A DNA stretch of 64,000 bases, taken from contig NC_058368.1 of the NCBI RefSeq assembly GCF_018350175.1, forward strand, positions 194,744,001 through 194,808,000, given 5' to 3'. The position numbers were made by a program, and so were the translations under genes. Shown here in pieces: positions 12,503 to 24,660 of the stretch. Source of the stretch: Felis catus (taxonomy: Eukaryota). The first letter of the stretch is position 1, and each line of letters begins with the position of its first letter. Below the pieces are notes generated by a model, which saw only the letters and a list, made by a program, of their open reading frames with translations, was not told where the DNA came from and did not search any database.

Positions 12503-12718
12503 CAAGGGGTTCCTATTCAGATGCCTAAAAGGTCCAGCCAGCAAAGTGATAAAGTATACCCAGATGGATGGAAGTAAAACAATATGCAGGTATATTTTTG
12601 ACGACTAAAGACCCTCAGAAAAACAAGAGAGAATGAGAAGGCTAAGAAAAACTGGAACATTTGTGCCCCCATCTAAAGGGGGGTAGAAATGACCCACCTC
12701 CAGTCAGTCACAGCCCAA
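12503..12718 (+). mobile_element. hAT-Charlie DNA transposon (MER102-like), 5' part; 3' part at ~15485-15660
   Basis: 'caaggggttcctattcagatgcctaaaaggtccagccag' and the later 'ggctaaacaacatatttctgttgggccaaag..ccaatttgaagcc' resemble MER102 ends as recalled. Confidence 0.5.
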
Positions 12719-14767
12719 CTTACATGACCTAATTTTACACTTCAAGGAACTAGAAACAAAAGAACAAATTAAGCCCAAAGTTAGCAGAAGGAAGGAAATA
12801 ACAAAGATCAGGGAAGAAATAAGTAAAATAAAGACTAAAAAGATAATAGAAAAGATCAATGAAGCAAACACCTTTTTTTAAAAGATAAACAAAATAAACA
12901 AATATTTAGCCACACTGACCAAAGGAAAAAAAGAGTGAGGGCTCAGATAAATAAAACTGGGAAGAGGAGACATTACAACCGATACCACACAAAGTATCAA
13001 AGAGACTACTATGAACAATTATACACCAAAATATTGGACAACCCAGAAGAAATGGATAAAGTCCTGGAAACATACAACCCACCAAGACTGAATCACGAAG
13101 AATACAAAATCTGAACAGAATAATTACCAGTAGGGAGATTAATAGAGCAGTCAGAAACCTCCCAACAAAGAAAAGCCTATGACCAAATGAGACACTAGTA
13201 AATTATACCCAATGTTTTAAAGAGAATTAACAACAATTCTCTCAAACTCTTCCAAAAAAAAAAAAAAATAGAGGAGCAAAGATCTCATTTTTACAAGGCC
13301 AGCATTACCCTGATACCAAAACCAAAGACACCAGAAGAAAGTAAGATTGCGCGTAAATATTCCTGATGAACATAGATGCAAAACTACACAAGAAAATACT
13401 GCCAAGCTGACTTGAAAAGTACATTAAAGAGACCATACATGGTGATCAAGTGGATTTATTCCTGGGATGCAAAAGCGACTCGACATCTGCAAAGAAATCA
13501 CGTGATAGAAGCACCTTAACAAAATAAAGGATAAAAATCGTATGATCGTCTTAATAGAGACAGAGAAAGCATTTGACAAAATTCAACATCCTTTCAAAGA
13601 TAAAAACTCTCAACAAAGTGGATACCGAGGGAACATAACTCAACATAAAATCCATATATGAAAAGCCCACAGCTAACATCCTGCTCCATGGAAAAAGCCG
13701 GAAGAGTTTCCTCTAAGATCAGGAGCAAGGCAAGGTGCCCACTCTCACCACTCTTATTCAATATATTATTGAAAGTCCTACCCAGAGCCACTGAGCAAGA
13801 AAAAGAAATAAAAATTATCCAGAGCAGAAAAAATAAATTGTCTCTATTTGCAGATGACATGATATTATATATAGAAAACCCTAAAGTCTCTACCCAAAAA
13901 CTGTTAGAATTCAGTAAAGTTACCAGACACAAAATCAATCTACAAAAATCAGTTATATTTCTATATGCTAACAACAAAATTATTAGCAAGAGAAATTAAG
14001 AAAACAATCCCATTTACAATAGCATCAAAAAAAAATACTTAGGAAAAAATTTAACCAAGGAGGTGAAAGATATGTACACTGAAAACTATAAGACATTAAT
14101 CAAAGAAATGAAAGAATCCACAAATAAATGGAAAGATATTTTGTGTTTATGGATTGGAAGAATTACTATTGTTAAAATGTCCATAGTGTCCAAAGATATC
14201 TACAAAGTCAAATGCAATCCTACTCAAAATTCCAATGGCTATTGTAGATAAGGTTGCTGTAAACATGGGGGTACATGTATCCTTTTGAATCAGTATGTTT
14301 GTATTCTTTGGGTAAATACCAAGTAGTGAAATTGCTGGATAGTAAGGTAGTTTTATACCCACGTATGCTGTTGGTGGGAATGTAAATTGCCACAGCCTCT
14401 TTGGAAAATAGTATGGAGATTCCTCAAAAAATTAAAAATAGAACTACTATATGATCCAGCAATCCCGCTTCTAGATGTATATCCAAAGAAAATGAAAACA
14501 GGATCTGGAAGAGTTATGTGCATTCCCATGATCATTGCAGCATTATTCACAACAGCCAGCGCATGGAAACAACATAAATGTCTGTTAACGGATGAATGCA
14601 TAATGAAGATATGCACAATGGAATATTATTCCACCACGAGAAAGAACATCCTGTTGTTTATGACAACATGGATGGACCTGGAGGGTGTTACGCTAAGTGA
14701 AACAAGTCAGAGAAAGGTAAATATTGTATGATACCACTGACATGTGGAATCTTAAAAAGCCAAACTC

Positions 14768-14889
14768 GGGTGCCTGGCTGGCTCAGTTGGTACAGCATGT
14801 GACTCTTGATCTTGGAATTATAAGTTTGAGCCCCACATTGGCTGTAGAGATTACTTAAAAATAAAACATTAAAAAAATAATAAAATAAA
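14768..14889 (+). mobile_element. Short (older-type) CanSINE inside L1
   Basis: 'gggtgcctggctggctcagttgg..gtagagattactt'; TSD ttaaaaagccaaactc at 14752-14767 and 14890-14905. Confidence 0.9.
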
Positions 14890-15063
14890 TTAAAAAGCCA
14901 AACTCACAGAAACAGACTAGAATTGTAGTTAACAGGGCATTGGAGGTGAGGGAAAAGGGGGAGATGTTGGTCACAGAGTACAAACTTCCAGTTATGAGAT
15001 GCATAAGTTCCAGGGATCTAATGCCCAGCATAGTGACTACAGTTAATAATATGCTACTATATA

Positions 15064-15304
15064 CAGTTGATTTTGAATAACACTGGTTTGAACTGCATGG
15101 GTCCAATTATACATGGATAATACAGTACTTAGTACATATAACATACAAAATATGTGTTAATGGCTGTTTATGTTATTAGTAAGGCTTCCTGTCAACAGTA
15201 GGCTATTAGTAATTAAGCTTTGGGGGAATCAAAAGTTATAACAAGATTTTCCACTATGCCGGGGGTCAGCACCCCTCGTCCCCATTTTGTTCAAAGGTCA
15301 ACTG
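15064..15304. mobile_element. Tigger1-derived MITE (TcMar-Tigger)
   Basis: Terminal inverted repeats cagttga../..tcaactg, TA target duplication on both sides, internal 'ggggaatcaaaagttata'. Confidence 0.85.
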
Positions 15305-15671
15305 TACCTGAAAGTTGCTAAGAGAATAGACCTTAACTATTACCACGACTGAAAAGAGCTGTGTGACATGATACAGGTATTACCTGATGCTATGGTGGTA
15401 ATCATTCTCCAATCATCATTTGTATACCTTAAACTTACACAATGTTATATGTTAATTATATATTAATAAAGCTGGAAAAAATCATGGCCCAGAGTGAAGG
15501 CAGGCTAAGGGTTGATGGAGTTCCTGATCAAAGAGAACTTTGCAATGCAGATATCTGTATGAGATATCCTGATGTAGGTGATAACTTTTTAAACATACAC
15601 CAGGCTAAACAACATATTTCTGTTGGGCCAAAGCTACCCTGACATTGGCCAATTTGAAGCCAATGTCTAAT

Positions 15672-15840
15672 GAGTGATGGGTATTAAGGAGGGCACGTGT
15701 GACGAGTACCAGGTGTCATATGTAAGTGACAAATCACTAAATTCTACTCCTGAAACCAACATTGCACTGTGTTAACTAATGAGAATTTAAATAAAAACTT
15801 GAAAAAAACAAAAACACAAAAACAAAAAAAATTTTTTATA
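15672..15840 (+). mobile_element. 5'-truncated carnivore L1 3' end
   Basis: 'gtgatgggtattaaggagggcac..aatcactaaattctactcctgaaacc..ttaaataaaaacttg' plus A tail; TSD tgaagccaatgtctaat at 15655-15671 and 15841-15857. Confidence 0.9.
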
Positions 15841-16728
15841 TGAAGCCAATGTCTAATTTCTTGCAGCACAGCCTCACTTCTACCTTGAAACACTACTGTC
15901 CCTTCTCTGATGCCTATTAAAAGCCCACCATTCATAAACTAAGAAAGTAGTTCAATGCCAAAAACAATGTCTTATGGTTGCATTTTTTTTAATGGTATGT
16001 TAGGGAAAAGTGGTATAAAACTTAAAAACCAAGTCTAGTGAATATCGTAGTCTCTGTCAGGTTAACACTGTGAAAAGATGAATGGTCACTAATGTGCTGG
16101 GGAGGGGGGCACAGCAAGACACAGGGTAGGATGTCAAAGGGCCTTGGGACCCCGCGTCAGAAGGCTCTGTCACTTGCTAGCCATGGTATCCTAAGTGGAT
16201 TACAGAGCGGGGCTGAGAATTATACTTCTTCCTCTGAAAAATGAGAAATCACGGCATGCACCTTTCTGCCTCCAGAGTTGCTCTGAGAATCAAATGATCA
16301 AATGTATGTAAGCATGCTTTCACAACTGTAAGATGATACAAATATGTTAGGAATTATCGCTGATGTAATATCTCAGGTTAATAAAAATTTGAGTAACACA
16401 ACTTTATAAATGCCTTTTTCAAGCGTATGCTCACTATTCATTTCCAGAACTTAGAAATAATTTTTTTTTATTTTAAGTATATGCCCCCTTGGCCCCAAAA
16501 TTCCACTACTAAGAAATTAGCATGAAGAAATAGTCATGTGATGGCATTACTTAGCTACAACTATGTTTAATGTAGTATTGTTTGTAATGGGCAAAAACTA
16601 AAGAAACCAGAAGGCAACAAGGAAATACCTTATGTGTCCAGCTATAGAAGCTTGGCTAAATGTACCACGGAATCTCCAAGAGTCAAATACAAAGCAATAG
16701 TCACAAAATCTAAGATCGTGTATTGTAC

Positions 16729-16937
16729 ATTTTAATCTTTTACGTTTATTTATTTATTTGGGAGAGAGAAAGATGAAGCACACAACTGAGAGAGGGAGAG
16801 AAAGAGAGAATCTCAAGCAGGCTCTACACTGCCAGCACAGAGCCCAACGCAGGGCTCAAACCCACGAACCGTGAGATCACGACCCGAGCCAAAACCAGGA
16901 GTCAGACACTTAACCGACTGAGCCGCCCAGACTCCCC
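16729..16937 (-). mobile_element. CanSINE
   Basis: Minus-strand SINE head; flanking 'gtattgta' duplication. Confidence 0.92.
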
Positions 16938-16957
16938 AAGTATTGTAAAGTTTAAAA

Positions 16958-17362
16958 TGTGCGTTCCTGCTGCCTCAACATCTCTGTGAACAGGCATGAG
17001 CACCCTGAGCAGGCAAACAGGTGCACCAATGAAAAGGTGGACAGACCTCGGCCACCGCCCCCTTCTTGCCTTCCCCTGTTATGTAGTGACAACCGCACCA
17101 GCGAAATGCCCTCATGCCTTTTGCTTGTGGGCTCCATCGTGACCCCCAATAAAGGCATTTGCCCACCGGAGGGACCTGGCTCTTTCCCAACTCCCCACCT
17201 GACTAAATGAGCCCCCTCTCCTGGCATTTCCCGTGTGTCCCCCTCATGGTGTGTGGTGACTCTCCTCTAGGACCTATGAGTGCAATAAACTGTTTTCCTG
17301 CCTCTCTCATGTCCTCTCTTGTGGCAGCACCTGAGTGACCAACTCCCAAAAGAACACAAAAT
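16958..17362 (+). mobile_element. ERVL-class solo LTR (MER74-like)
   Basis: 'gacccccaataaaggc', 'ggacctatgagtgcaataaact', 'gtggcagcacctgagtgacc..aaaagaacaca' resemble MER74/73-group LTRs as recalled. Confidence 0.5.
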
Positions 17363-17407
17363 GGAACACTTGATGGAATAAACGATGTTTTAAAATTTGT
17401 TTAAAGA

Positions 17408-17637
17408 GGGGCGCCTGAGTGGCGCAGTCGGTTAAGCGTCCGACTTCAGCCAGGTCACGATCTCGCGGTCCGTGAGTTCGAGCCCCGCGTCGGGCTCTGG
17501 GCTGATGGCTCAGAGCCTGGAGCCTGTTTCCGATTCTGTGTCTCCCTCTCTCTCTGCCCCTCCCCCGTTCATGCTCTGTCTCTCTCTGTCCCAAAAATAA
17601 ATAAATGTTGAAAAAAAAATTAAAATAAATAAATAAA
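17408..17637 (+). mobile_element. Young felid CanSINE (SINEC_Fc type)
   Basis: Near-consensus and CpG-rich: 'cagccaggtcacgatctcgcggtccgtgagttcgagccccgcgtcgggctctgggctgatgg'; TSD taaaatttgtttaaa at 17391-17405 and 17638-17652. Confidence 0.96.
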
Positions 17638-18289
17638 TAAAATTTGTTTAAAATTAGAAAGAAGAAATTGACTATAGAATAGTACAATCTCATTTGTAGA
17701 ACCACGTGTGTACATACTTGCAGAGTAAAATCTTTTAAAATTATACAACCCAATGGTAACTAGTTATCTCAGCGGGTGTGATTGCGGGGGGGGGGGTTTG
17801 ATTTTCTTCCTTTGGCTTGCTGGGGTTTTTTTCTAAATTTTCTAAATAGATCAGGTATAACTTTTACAATAAAAAAGAAAGTATCCAAAATGGTACCTAT
17901 CCTATATCTTCAAAAGAATGAAAATCTACCCATCCTGCAAAGCACATTTCCAGAGCCATCTTCATCATAAGACTTTCAAAATTCCACCAGTTCGACGGTA
18001 CAAGTCTGTCACTGAACCTCCATTTTACTTAGCATCTCTCCTAGGAACTTGATGTCTACACATTCTTATTATTATTTATAAACTTATCTTACACTCTCCT
18101 TTTAAACCCCTTGAGGACATGAACTGTGCCTGGGACAGACACTTGCTTGTGCATAACAGACACTCAATACATTTTATTGAACTGATTAATTAAAAGTGAA
18201 ATTAAGTAACTATTCTGAAAGGACTTATGCTTTGAAGTTTCCGGTCCCCTTAAGGACATAGTCTGTCTTTGGTTAAGTAGGCTGACATT

Positions 18290-18550
18290 ATCATCATCAC
18301 TATCCTCATTCTAATAACCAACATTTCTTGTATACTTGCTATATGCCAGACATGTATTGCTTTTAATAAAATAATGCTATCTGAAGCGTCATTGTTACAA
18401 CCATTTTTAGTTGAAGAAACTGAGGGAGGCTTCAAGAGGTAAAATAACTTGCTAAGGTGAAAGATCTTGAACAGCAGTGAATCTGCAGTTTGAACCTGTA
18501 TCTGTCTGACTCTGCAGCCGTAAATCTTACAACCACCACATTATCCTGCC
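18290..18550 (-). mobile_element. MIR
   Basis: 'ccatttttagttgaagaaactgagg..aaataacttgctaagg..tttgaacctg..tgtctgactc'. Confidence 0.75.
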
Positions 18551-18859
18551 TTGAACACAATGGTGAACCTATCTACCATGGTCATCCATGTGGTAAGGTT
18601 ATAAGTTGATGATGTTAGTTACCGGATTTTCCTTTACCCTTTATTACCTTCTATGAAAGACTTACAATAAGACCACAAAACATCTGACATTCCCATTGAA
18701 GACAAAATGTGAATTATTAAATCCCTGCGAAAAGGAAAGCATCTGCTTAAATGTAATGTGGTACGGTGGCAAGTATATTGCCCTACAAATCATTAAACCA
18801 GTGTTCAAGTCCTGGCTTATCCATCGACTCCTGGGGGGTTTGGGGCTACGGGTTCAGCT

Positions 18860-19770
18860 CCATCTGAACCATGTGGGCAAACGTTGGACTCTGGTTATTA
18901 GATTCTTTCTCTCTCAGGATAGCCTCCTAATTGCCTCAGCTTCCATTCTGGCCTTCTCCAATCTATTGTCCATCCACCAGCCAAAAACCAGATCATGTCA
19001 TGCTCCTGCTTAAAATATTTCCATGGATGCCTTCGCAACTTGAATAAACATGAAGATGCTTAAGATGTTGTCACCGCAATCGGGTGTCTGCCCACCTCTC
19101 CAACCTCCTGTGCCCTCACCCGTTCAATAGAAGCCACATCACCTTCTTTCAGGAGCTAAGGTGCAGGTCAGCTTTTGTGCCTGTTACTCATTCCACTTGG
19201 AAGTGCCTCCTGCTCCAAACACGAAACCCAAATTGCATACCAGGTGAACTCCCACTCATCCATGACACCTCCAAACAAGCAATGCTTCCTCAGAGAAGAC
19301 TTACCAATTCCTCTGGTCTAAAACCAAATGTCTCAGGGCACCTGGGTGGCTCTGTCGGTTAAGCGTCTGACTTCGGCTCAGGTCATGATCTCACGGTTCG
19401 TGAGTTTGAGCCCCGCGTCGGGCTCTGTGCTGACAGCTCAGAGCCCGGAGCCTGCTTCGGATTCTGTATCTCCCTCTCGCTCTCTCTGCCCCTCCCCTGT
19501 TCACGCTCTGTTTCTGTCTCTCTCAAAAATAAACAAAACATTTAAAAAGTTTTAATAAAAATTTTAAAAATCTCTTTTAGTACTCTATATTTCTCTCTAT
19601 AGTGTATCCTAATTTATGATTAAAGAGTTCCTTATGTGATCGCTTAAAGACTATCCCTCACTAACAGACTCCATGGACAGTGGGGTCCTCTCTGTTTTGT
19701 CTACCATATATCCCCAGCATGTGCCTGCCTGACTTATACCAGGTTCTCAAGGCTCAGTAAGTAGTTAATT
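18860..19770 (+). mobile_element. L2 3' region (interrupted by a SINE)
   Basis: 'agcctcctaattgcctc', 'cagatcatgtcatgctcctgcttaaaa', 'tctgttttgtctacc..tatccccagc'. Confidence 0.7.
19336..19570 (+). mobile_element. CanSINE
   Basis: gggcacctgggtggctc head, CT-rich body, A tail. Confidence 0.95.
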
Positions 19771-19959
19771 AAAGACTATAATAATGGTGTAATCATTGTG
19801 ATTTCCCAGAACAGATAGGAGGGAACATGCCAGAGATGGGAAATCGAATATATGACTGGTTTAGCGGACAAACAAGCGGTTCTGGCATGTAGTGTCTTGG
19901 CTTAAGTAGTGAGAATAACAAGAGCAAGGCAAGAACACGAAAAGGTCCAAGAGGAGGCA

Positions 19960-20520
19960 TTTTGCAAAGCCGGGCCAGTGCGCTTGACACAGCACCTTGG
20001 TTGGACGGGGCGGGTGTGTATTAGGAGAGGAAGGTGGACGCAGCTCTGCTCTGGCAAAGCTGGGTCCTTCCTCCTGCTCCTGGCACCGCATGCGTCTCAG
20101 ATCGGCGTCTGCACCTCTGGAACGCAGTCCGCGCTGGCGGGTGGCGCCTCACCACTGCACGTCAGTCCCGCTGGGCCGCACTGCAGCCGCCGCGGTCTAC
20201 CGCACTGAGCCGTGACAGGGCAAAGCCATCTCGCTCCTGATGGCTCTCTGCCGCGCCAGTTTTCACCCTGAGACGGGACCCTCCAAACAACAGCCGCCTG
20301 TTCTCGCCGTCACTCCAAGCCTCCTCGCGGTAACAACACTATTTCAGTACAGCGAGCAATGTCTAGGAGGTACTGATCCATCCCAGACAGCCTCTCCTGC
20401 AAGTGCGGGCACCGGGCAGCTGCAAGGAGAGACCACGGTCTTACTCCTTTACCCGGACGGCAGGCGGCCAACACCTACAGTGAGGTCAACGGGGAGTATT
20501 TGCTCCAAACGTTATTCTTA
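19960..20520. promoter_or_regulatory. Small CpG island with GC-box, NRF1-like, CRE-half and CTCF-like motifs
   Basis: About 40 CpGs counted by eye in ~560 bp of non-repeat GC-rich sequence; ggggcgggt ~20007, ccgcatgcgt ~20086, ctggcgggtggcgc 20134-20147, gcacgtca ~20157. Confidence 0.65.
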
Positions 20521-20719
20521 CTTGAAAAGTCACTTTTTTCATGACATTTTTATTGCCTCTTACGAAAGTTCTGCCTAAATGTGCAATATACAAACGGCTA
20601 TATATGCGTTACTTACCAATTGTGTGTGCTGTCCCCTGGCTTGCAGGTGAGTTTACATAGCACAGCTACATCCTTTCCCCTAGGAGCTCCAGGGCAACCC
20701 TCTGGAGCCTGGGGGACGG

Positions 20720-21066
20720 CATATTCATTTCCTGGGGCTGTTGCAACAAATTACCACCAACTTGGTGACTTAAAATCGACTTATTTTCTCACAATTCTGG
20801 AAGCCAGCAGTCTGAAATCTGGCAGGACCATGCTGTCTTTGGGGGCTCTAGGAAAGGCTGTCCCCTGCCTCTTCGAGCTGCTGGGAGCTGGCATTTTCTG
20901 GCGGGTGTCTGCTCACTGCAGGCTCTACTTGCCTTCCTCTGACTTCCTAAGTTCGAGAGAACTTAGTTACCTCAAACACCCTTCTTCTAAGCAAGCTAAC
21001 CTTCATAGGTTCCAGAAATTTCCAGTGGACATCTTCAGGTGAGGGGGTGTTTTTTCAAACTACCAC
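20720..21066 (-). mobile_element. MaLR LTR (MLT1-type)
   Basis: 'tttcctggggctgttgcaacaaattaccaccaacttggtgacttaaaa..ttctcacaattctggaagccag..tctgaaatc'. Confidence 0.85.
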
Positions 21067-21200
21067 GGACATGAACGACTGTGGCCATTTTGCAGATACG
21101 CAGACTAAGGTTGGAGGACTTGCCCATGGTCACCCAGAGACAAGGTGGAAACCAAATCTAACACTAAATCCAGGACACTTCTGCACAGGGAAAGGGTTAC

Positions 21201-21552
21201 CGTTAGGCTGGTTAGCAGGGAGAGTTAAAGGATCTTCAGGGAGGCAGACTGTAGCGGCAAGTGGGAGGCTGAAGAAGCAGCAAGGTTTGGGGGGAAGGGG
21301 GATAAACTATTCCAGACCCGCTTGGGCTGGGTACCACGCATGGAGTCTCACCAACTTTCTGATAAGGTCCCAGTAAAAAGTCAGGGACAGAAATCCTCGT
21401 TGGCTACCCAGTCGGGACCCCTCTCACTCTTGAGAGCTTTGTACTTTCCCTCAATAAACTCTATCCCTTTGCTCACTCTCTGTTGTCCCCAAGATTGATT
21501 CTTGGGCTCTGTGAGACAAGGACACCAGCATGTCTCCCACCTTCCTGTGACA
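21201..21552 (+). mobile_element. ERV solo LTR (probably carnivore-specific)
   Basis: 'tcgggacccctctcactcttgagagctttgtact..caataaactc..ttcttgggctctgtgagacaag', AATAAA at 21453, ends ..gtgaCA; family not identified. Confidence 0.6.
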
Positions 21553-22513
21553 CTTCAACTCCATCACATGGCCTCCCTCTGAAAGGGAGAGAGGAAAAGC
21601 ACAAACAAAAACCTCTCCTCAGCTCTCAAGGAGACCTCAGTCTACGTGAGGGAAGTTCTGGAATATTCCAGATGGACTCAAAGTCAAGTGGCTTGCCTCA
21701 GGTTACTTAACCAGTTCATGACTGAGCCACCATGGGAGCCAAGCCCTGGAAGCAGACCGGCTGGAGAAGCTTCCTGTTCTGAGGTTTCTGCGTTCAGTCC
21801 GTTCTCAGGGCCACCCAGCCACAGCCCTCCAACCGGCTTTCCTGCACCCATTCAAAGACAGTAGGTGCAACCAACGAAGACCCTGGAAGCAGCAAACTGT
21901 AAGCCAAACCCACTGGGAACAGAGATCTGTGAAGTAGCAGAGAGAAAAGGAGAATGTCTGAAGGAGGCAGAAACATATGTCCTGGGCAGGAAACAGGATC
22001 AGACTTCCCGGACTAGAAACTTCCCTGAAGGTTCTGTAGGGAAAACGTGCACTTCCGTGGAAAACTATGCATTGTCTACAGCACACCCTCTGTCTTATCT
22101 GATTCTGACGATGGGAACTATTCAACTCTGTTAACTTGTAGATTAATGATAGCAATGCACAATAATTCTTATCTAGAGACATGCAAATGAATTCTGTCCA
22201 ATGTTGGGGAACAACCCTCCCCATCCCGTGGAAAAAATGAGTTTTGTCTCCATTTGCAAATTTATTTCAATGTCCCTGATTTCTAAATGTTCCTGTTCTT
22301 TGGATTCTCCTTTGAACCGGTTGAAACATCACAGCCGTTTCCTCATTAAATAAGTTCAGAAAAATCTTGACTATGAATCGTGTTCATTTTTACATCTGTA
22401 TGAGAATCAGGATTTTGTCTTTCATCTTTAATTTTCTTTTAACAATCTGTAGGAGAGTGAGTTCTGCATTGTCAGAGCAGAAACTACATTCGAGCTCACC
22501 TAGTTCAATATGC

Positions 22514-22909
22514 TTTAATTTTTTTTAATGTTTATTTTTGAGAGAGAGAGAGAGAGAGAGGGAGAACAAGCAGGGGAGGGACAGAGAGAGAGGGAGAGCC
22601 AAAATCCAAAGTAGGCTCCAGCCTCTGAGCTGTCAGCACAGAGCCTGAAGCAGGGCTTGAACCTATGAACCGTGAGATCATGACCGGAGTCACCCAGGGG
22701 CCCCTATTTTATTTTTTTTTAAGTTTACTTATTTTTGAGAGAGAGAGAAAGTGTGGGGTAGGGGCAGAGAGTGAGAGGTAAACTGAGGATCTGAAGCAGG
22801 CTCTGCACTGACAACAGAGAACCTGATGTAGGGCTCGAATTCACCAGCCCTTAGATCATGACCTGAGCCGAAGTCAGATGCTTAACCAACTGAGCCACCC
22901 AGGCAGCCC
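22514..22909 (-). mobile_element. Two tandem CanSINEs (22514-22703 and 22706-22909)
   Basis: Two minus-strand SINE bodies; 'caatatg(c/t)ttta' flanks the pair. Confidence 0.92.
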
Positions 22910-23124
22910 CAATATGTTTTATTGATGAGGAAGGTGCATGCCAGAGAGGGGTTAAGACTTGTCTGAGGACTGGGGTGGGGTGGCAGAGCCTGGGCCAGTG
23001 TATGGCACTGGGGTATTAGTCCCACACACGTGAACTCCTATCCCAGCTTGTCCCCAGTAGGCAAAGGACTCAGGCAAGTCACTTACCTCAAAAAGTTGGT
23101 TTCTTTTGTAACAACATGGTTGGT

Positions 23125-23650
23125 GCTTGAAGATACTATGCCAAGTGAAATAAATCAAAGACAAATACCCATATGATCTCACTCATATGTGGAATCTAAG
23201 AAAAAGAAAACCACCACAACAAAAAACCGAGCTCATAGATAGAATAAATTGGTGGTTTTCAGAGGCTGGGGGTGGGAAGTGGGCAAAATGAGTGAAGGGA
23301 GTCAAAAGGCACAAACTTCCAGTTATAAAATAGATAAGTCATGGGAATATAACGTACACCGTGGTGACCATAGTTGATAAACACCATGTTGTGTATTTGA
23401 AAGTTGCTAAGAGAGATCTTACAAGTTCTCATCGTAAGAAAAAAAAAAATCTTTAACCACGTGTGCTGGCAGGTGTTCACCAGGCTTATTACAGTGATCA
23501 CTTCACAATATATACAAATATCAAATCATTATGCTGTACAACTAAATTAATAGAAAATATCACTCCAATAGATATAAATATTGAACCATTATGTTGTATA
23601 ACTGAAACTAATAACAACTGATATAATATGTCAAATACACCTCAACTTTT
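23125..23650 (+). mobile_element. L1 3' end (inserted in a MIR)
   Basis: 'gacaaatacccatatgatctcactcatatgtggaatctaa', 'acaaacttccagttataaaata', 'tttgaaagttgctaagagag'. Confidence 0.9.
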
Positions 23651-24062
23651 TAAAAAAAGCTTCGGACTCTCCATCAGAGGACATATTTCGTATCACGCAC
23701 CTACACTGGGTTGCCTCGAGGGTCAAAAGAGATCCATGCTGGTACAGCGGTGAGAAAGAATTTAATGAGAAATGCTCCGCAAAGATGTGCTGTTATGATT
23801 TCTGTGACGTGGTCCTGAGGAGGCAGGAGGAAAAAAGAGCTGTGGCAGAGCTGATCCTGTGAGGTGATTGAATTTCACATTTATCTGGCAGTGGATTGCC
23901 ATGTTGCTGCTTCACGATGTATCTATGCCCCCAAGAGAAAGAGGAATTTATTGAGGGCGTGGATCATCAGGTTCTCTTGGATAAACTCTCCACGTGTTTG
24001 ACCTGGGTCATCTCGTTGAATCGTCCCCAAACCGAAGTGGATAAGTAATGTTATTTGGCTCC

Positions 24063-24365
24063 TGTGGCAAAGACTGCTGGTTACCTAGTCGATATCCATT
24101 ATCCCTTTCTTCCTTACTAAGTAAACTCCAGTCTTATTAGGAGGTGCAGAGTAGCCAGACAAAATGTTTTCTCTCTCAACATCTCTTACAGGTAAGGAGG
24201 GTCACATGGCCAAGTTCTGACCATAAGATGTAAAAAGTTGATGAGCCGCCTGAGAAACAGTGTTTTAAAAAGGACTGACTCCCATTTGCAGGTGACTTTT
24301 TTCCCTTCCAAATTTCCTCTGTATTCCTAAAAAAATTTGAATGAATGAATGAATGAATGAATGAG

Positions 24366-24408
<43 letters not shown>

Positions 24409-24660
24409 ATTGGATATGATGGTTGGAGCAGAACAGCCATGTTTGACCATGCATTAAGAATGAAGAAAGGAGCCATGTGCTAAGGATGGCAAAAAAGAAA
24501 AGTAGTAAGAGCCCGAGCCACTGGGAGACTACAACTGGCATACAAGCCTTGATCTGTTCCCTTCTTTGAGTGTGCCTGGGGGGTGGGGAGACTAATATGT
24601 TCAAGTCACTCTTTGAGAGACTTTTTTCTTCCTACCAGCTGAATGTAATTTCTAACCACA
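24063..24660 (+). mobile_element. MaLR LTR (MLT1J-like) containing (TGAA)n(TAAA)n at 24338-24410
   Basis: Starts TGTGGCA; 'ggtcacatggccaagttctgacca', 'cagccatgtttgacca', ends 'cagctgaatgtaatttctaac'. Confidence 0.7.

Larger units (their letters stand above)
12720..15480 (+). mobile_element. LINE-1 (ORF2 reverse-transcriptase region plus 3' end), frameshifted, with internal deletion and nested insertions
   Basis: Translated fragments [26 protein letters not shown] (13658-13999), [19 protein letters not shown] (14063-14251) and [20 protein letters not shown] (14387-14731); ends '..aataaagctggaaaaa'. Confidence 0.95.

Noticed and set aside
13658..14731. ORFs with reverse-transcriptase (FADD) motifs
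   Set aside because: Frameshifted L1 ORF2 remnants, not a functional CDS or a novel reverse-transcriptase system.
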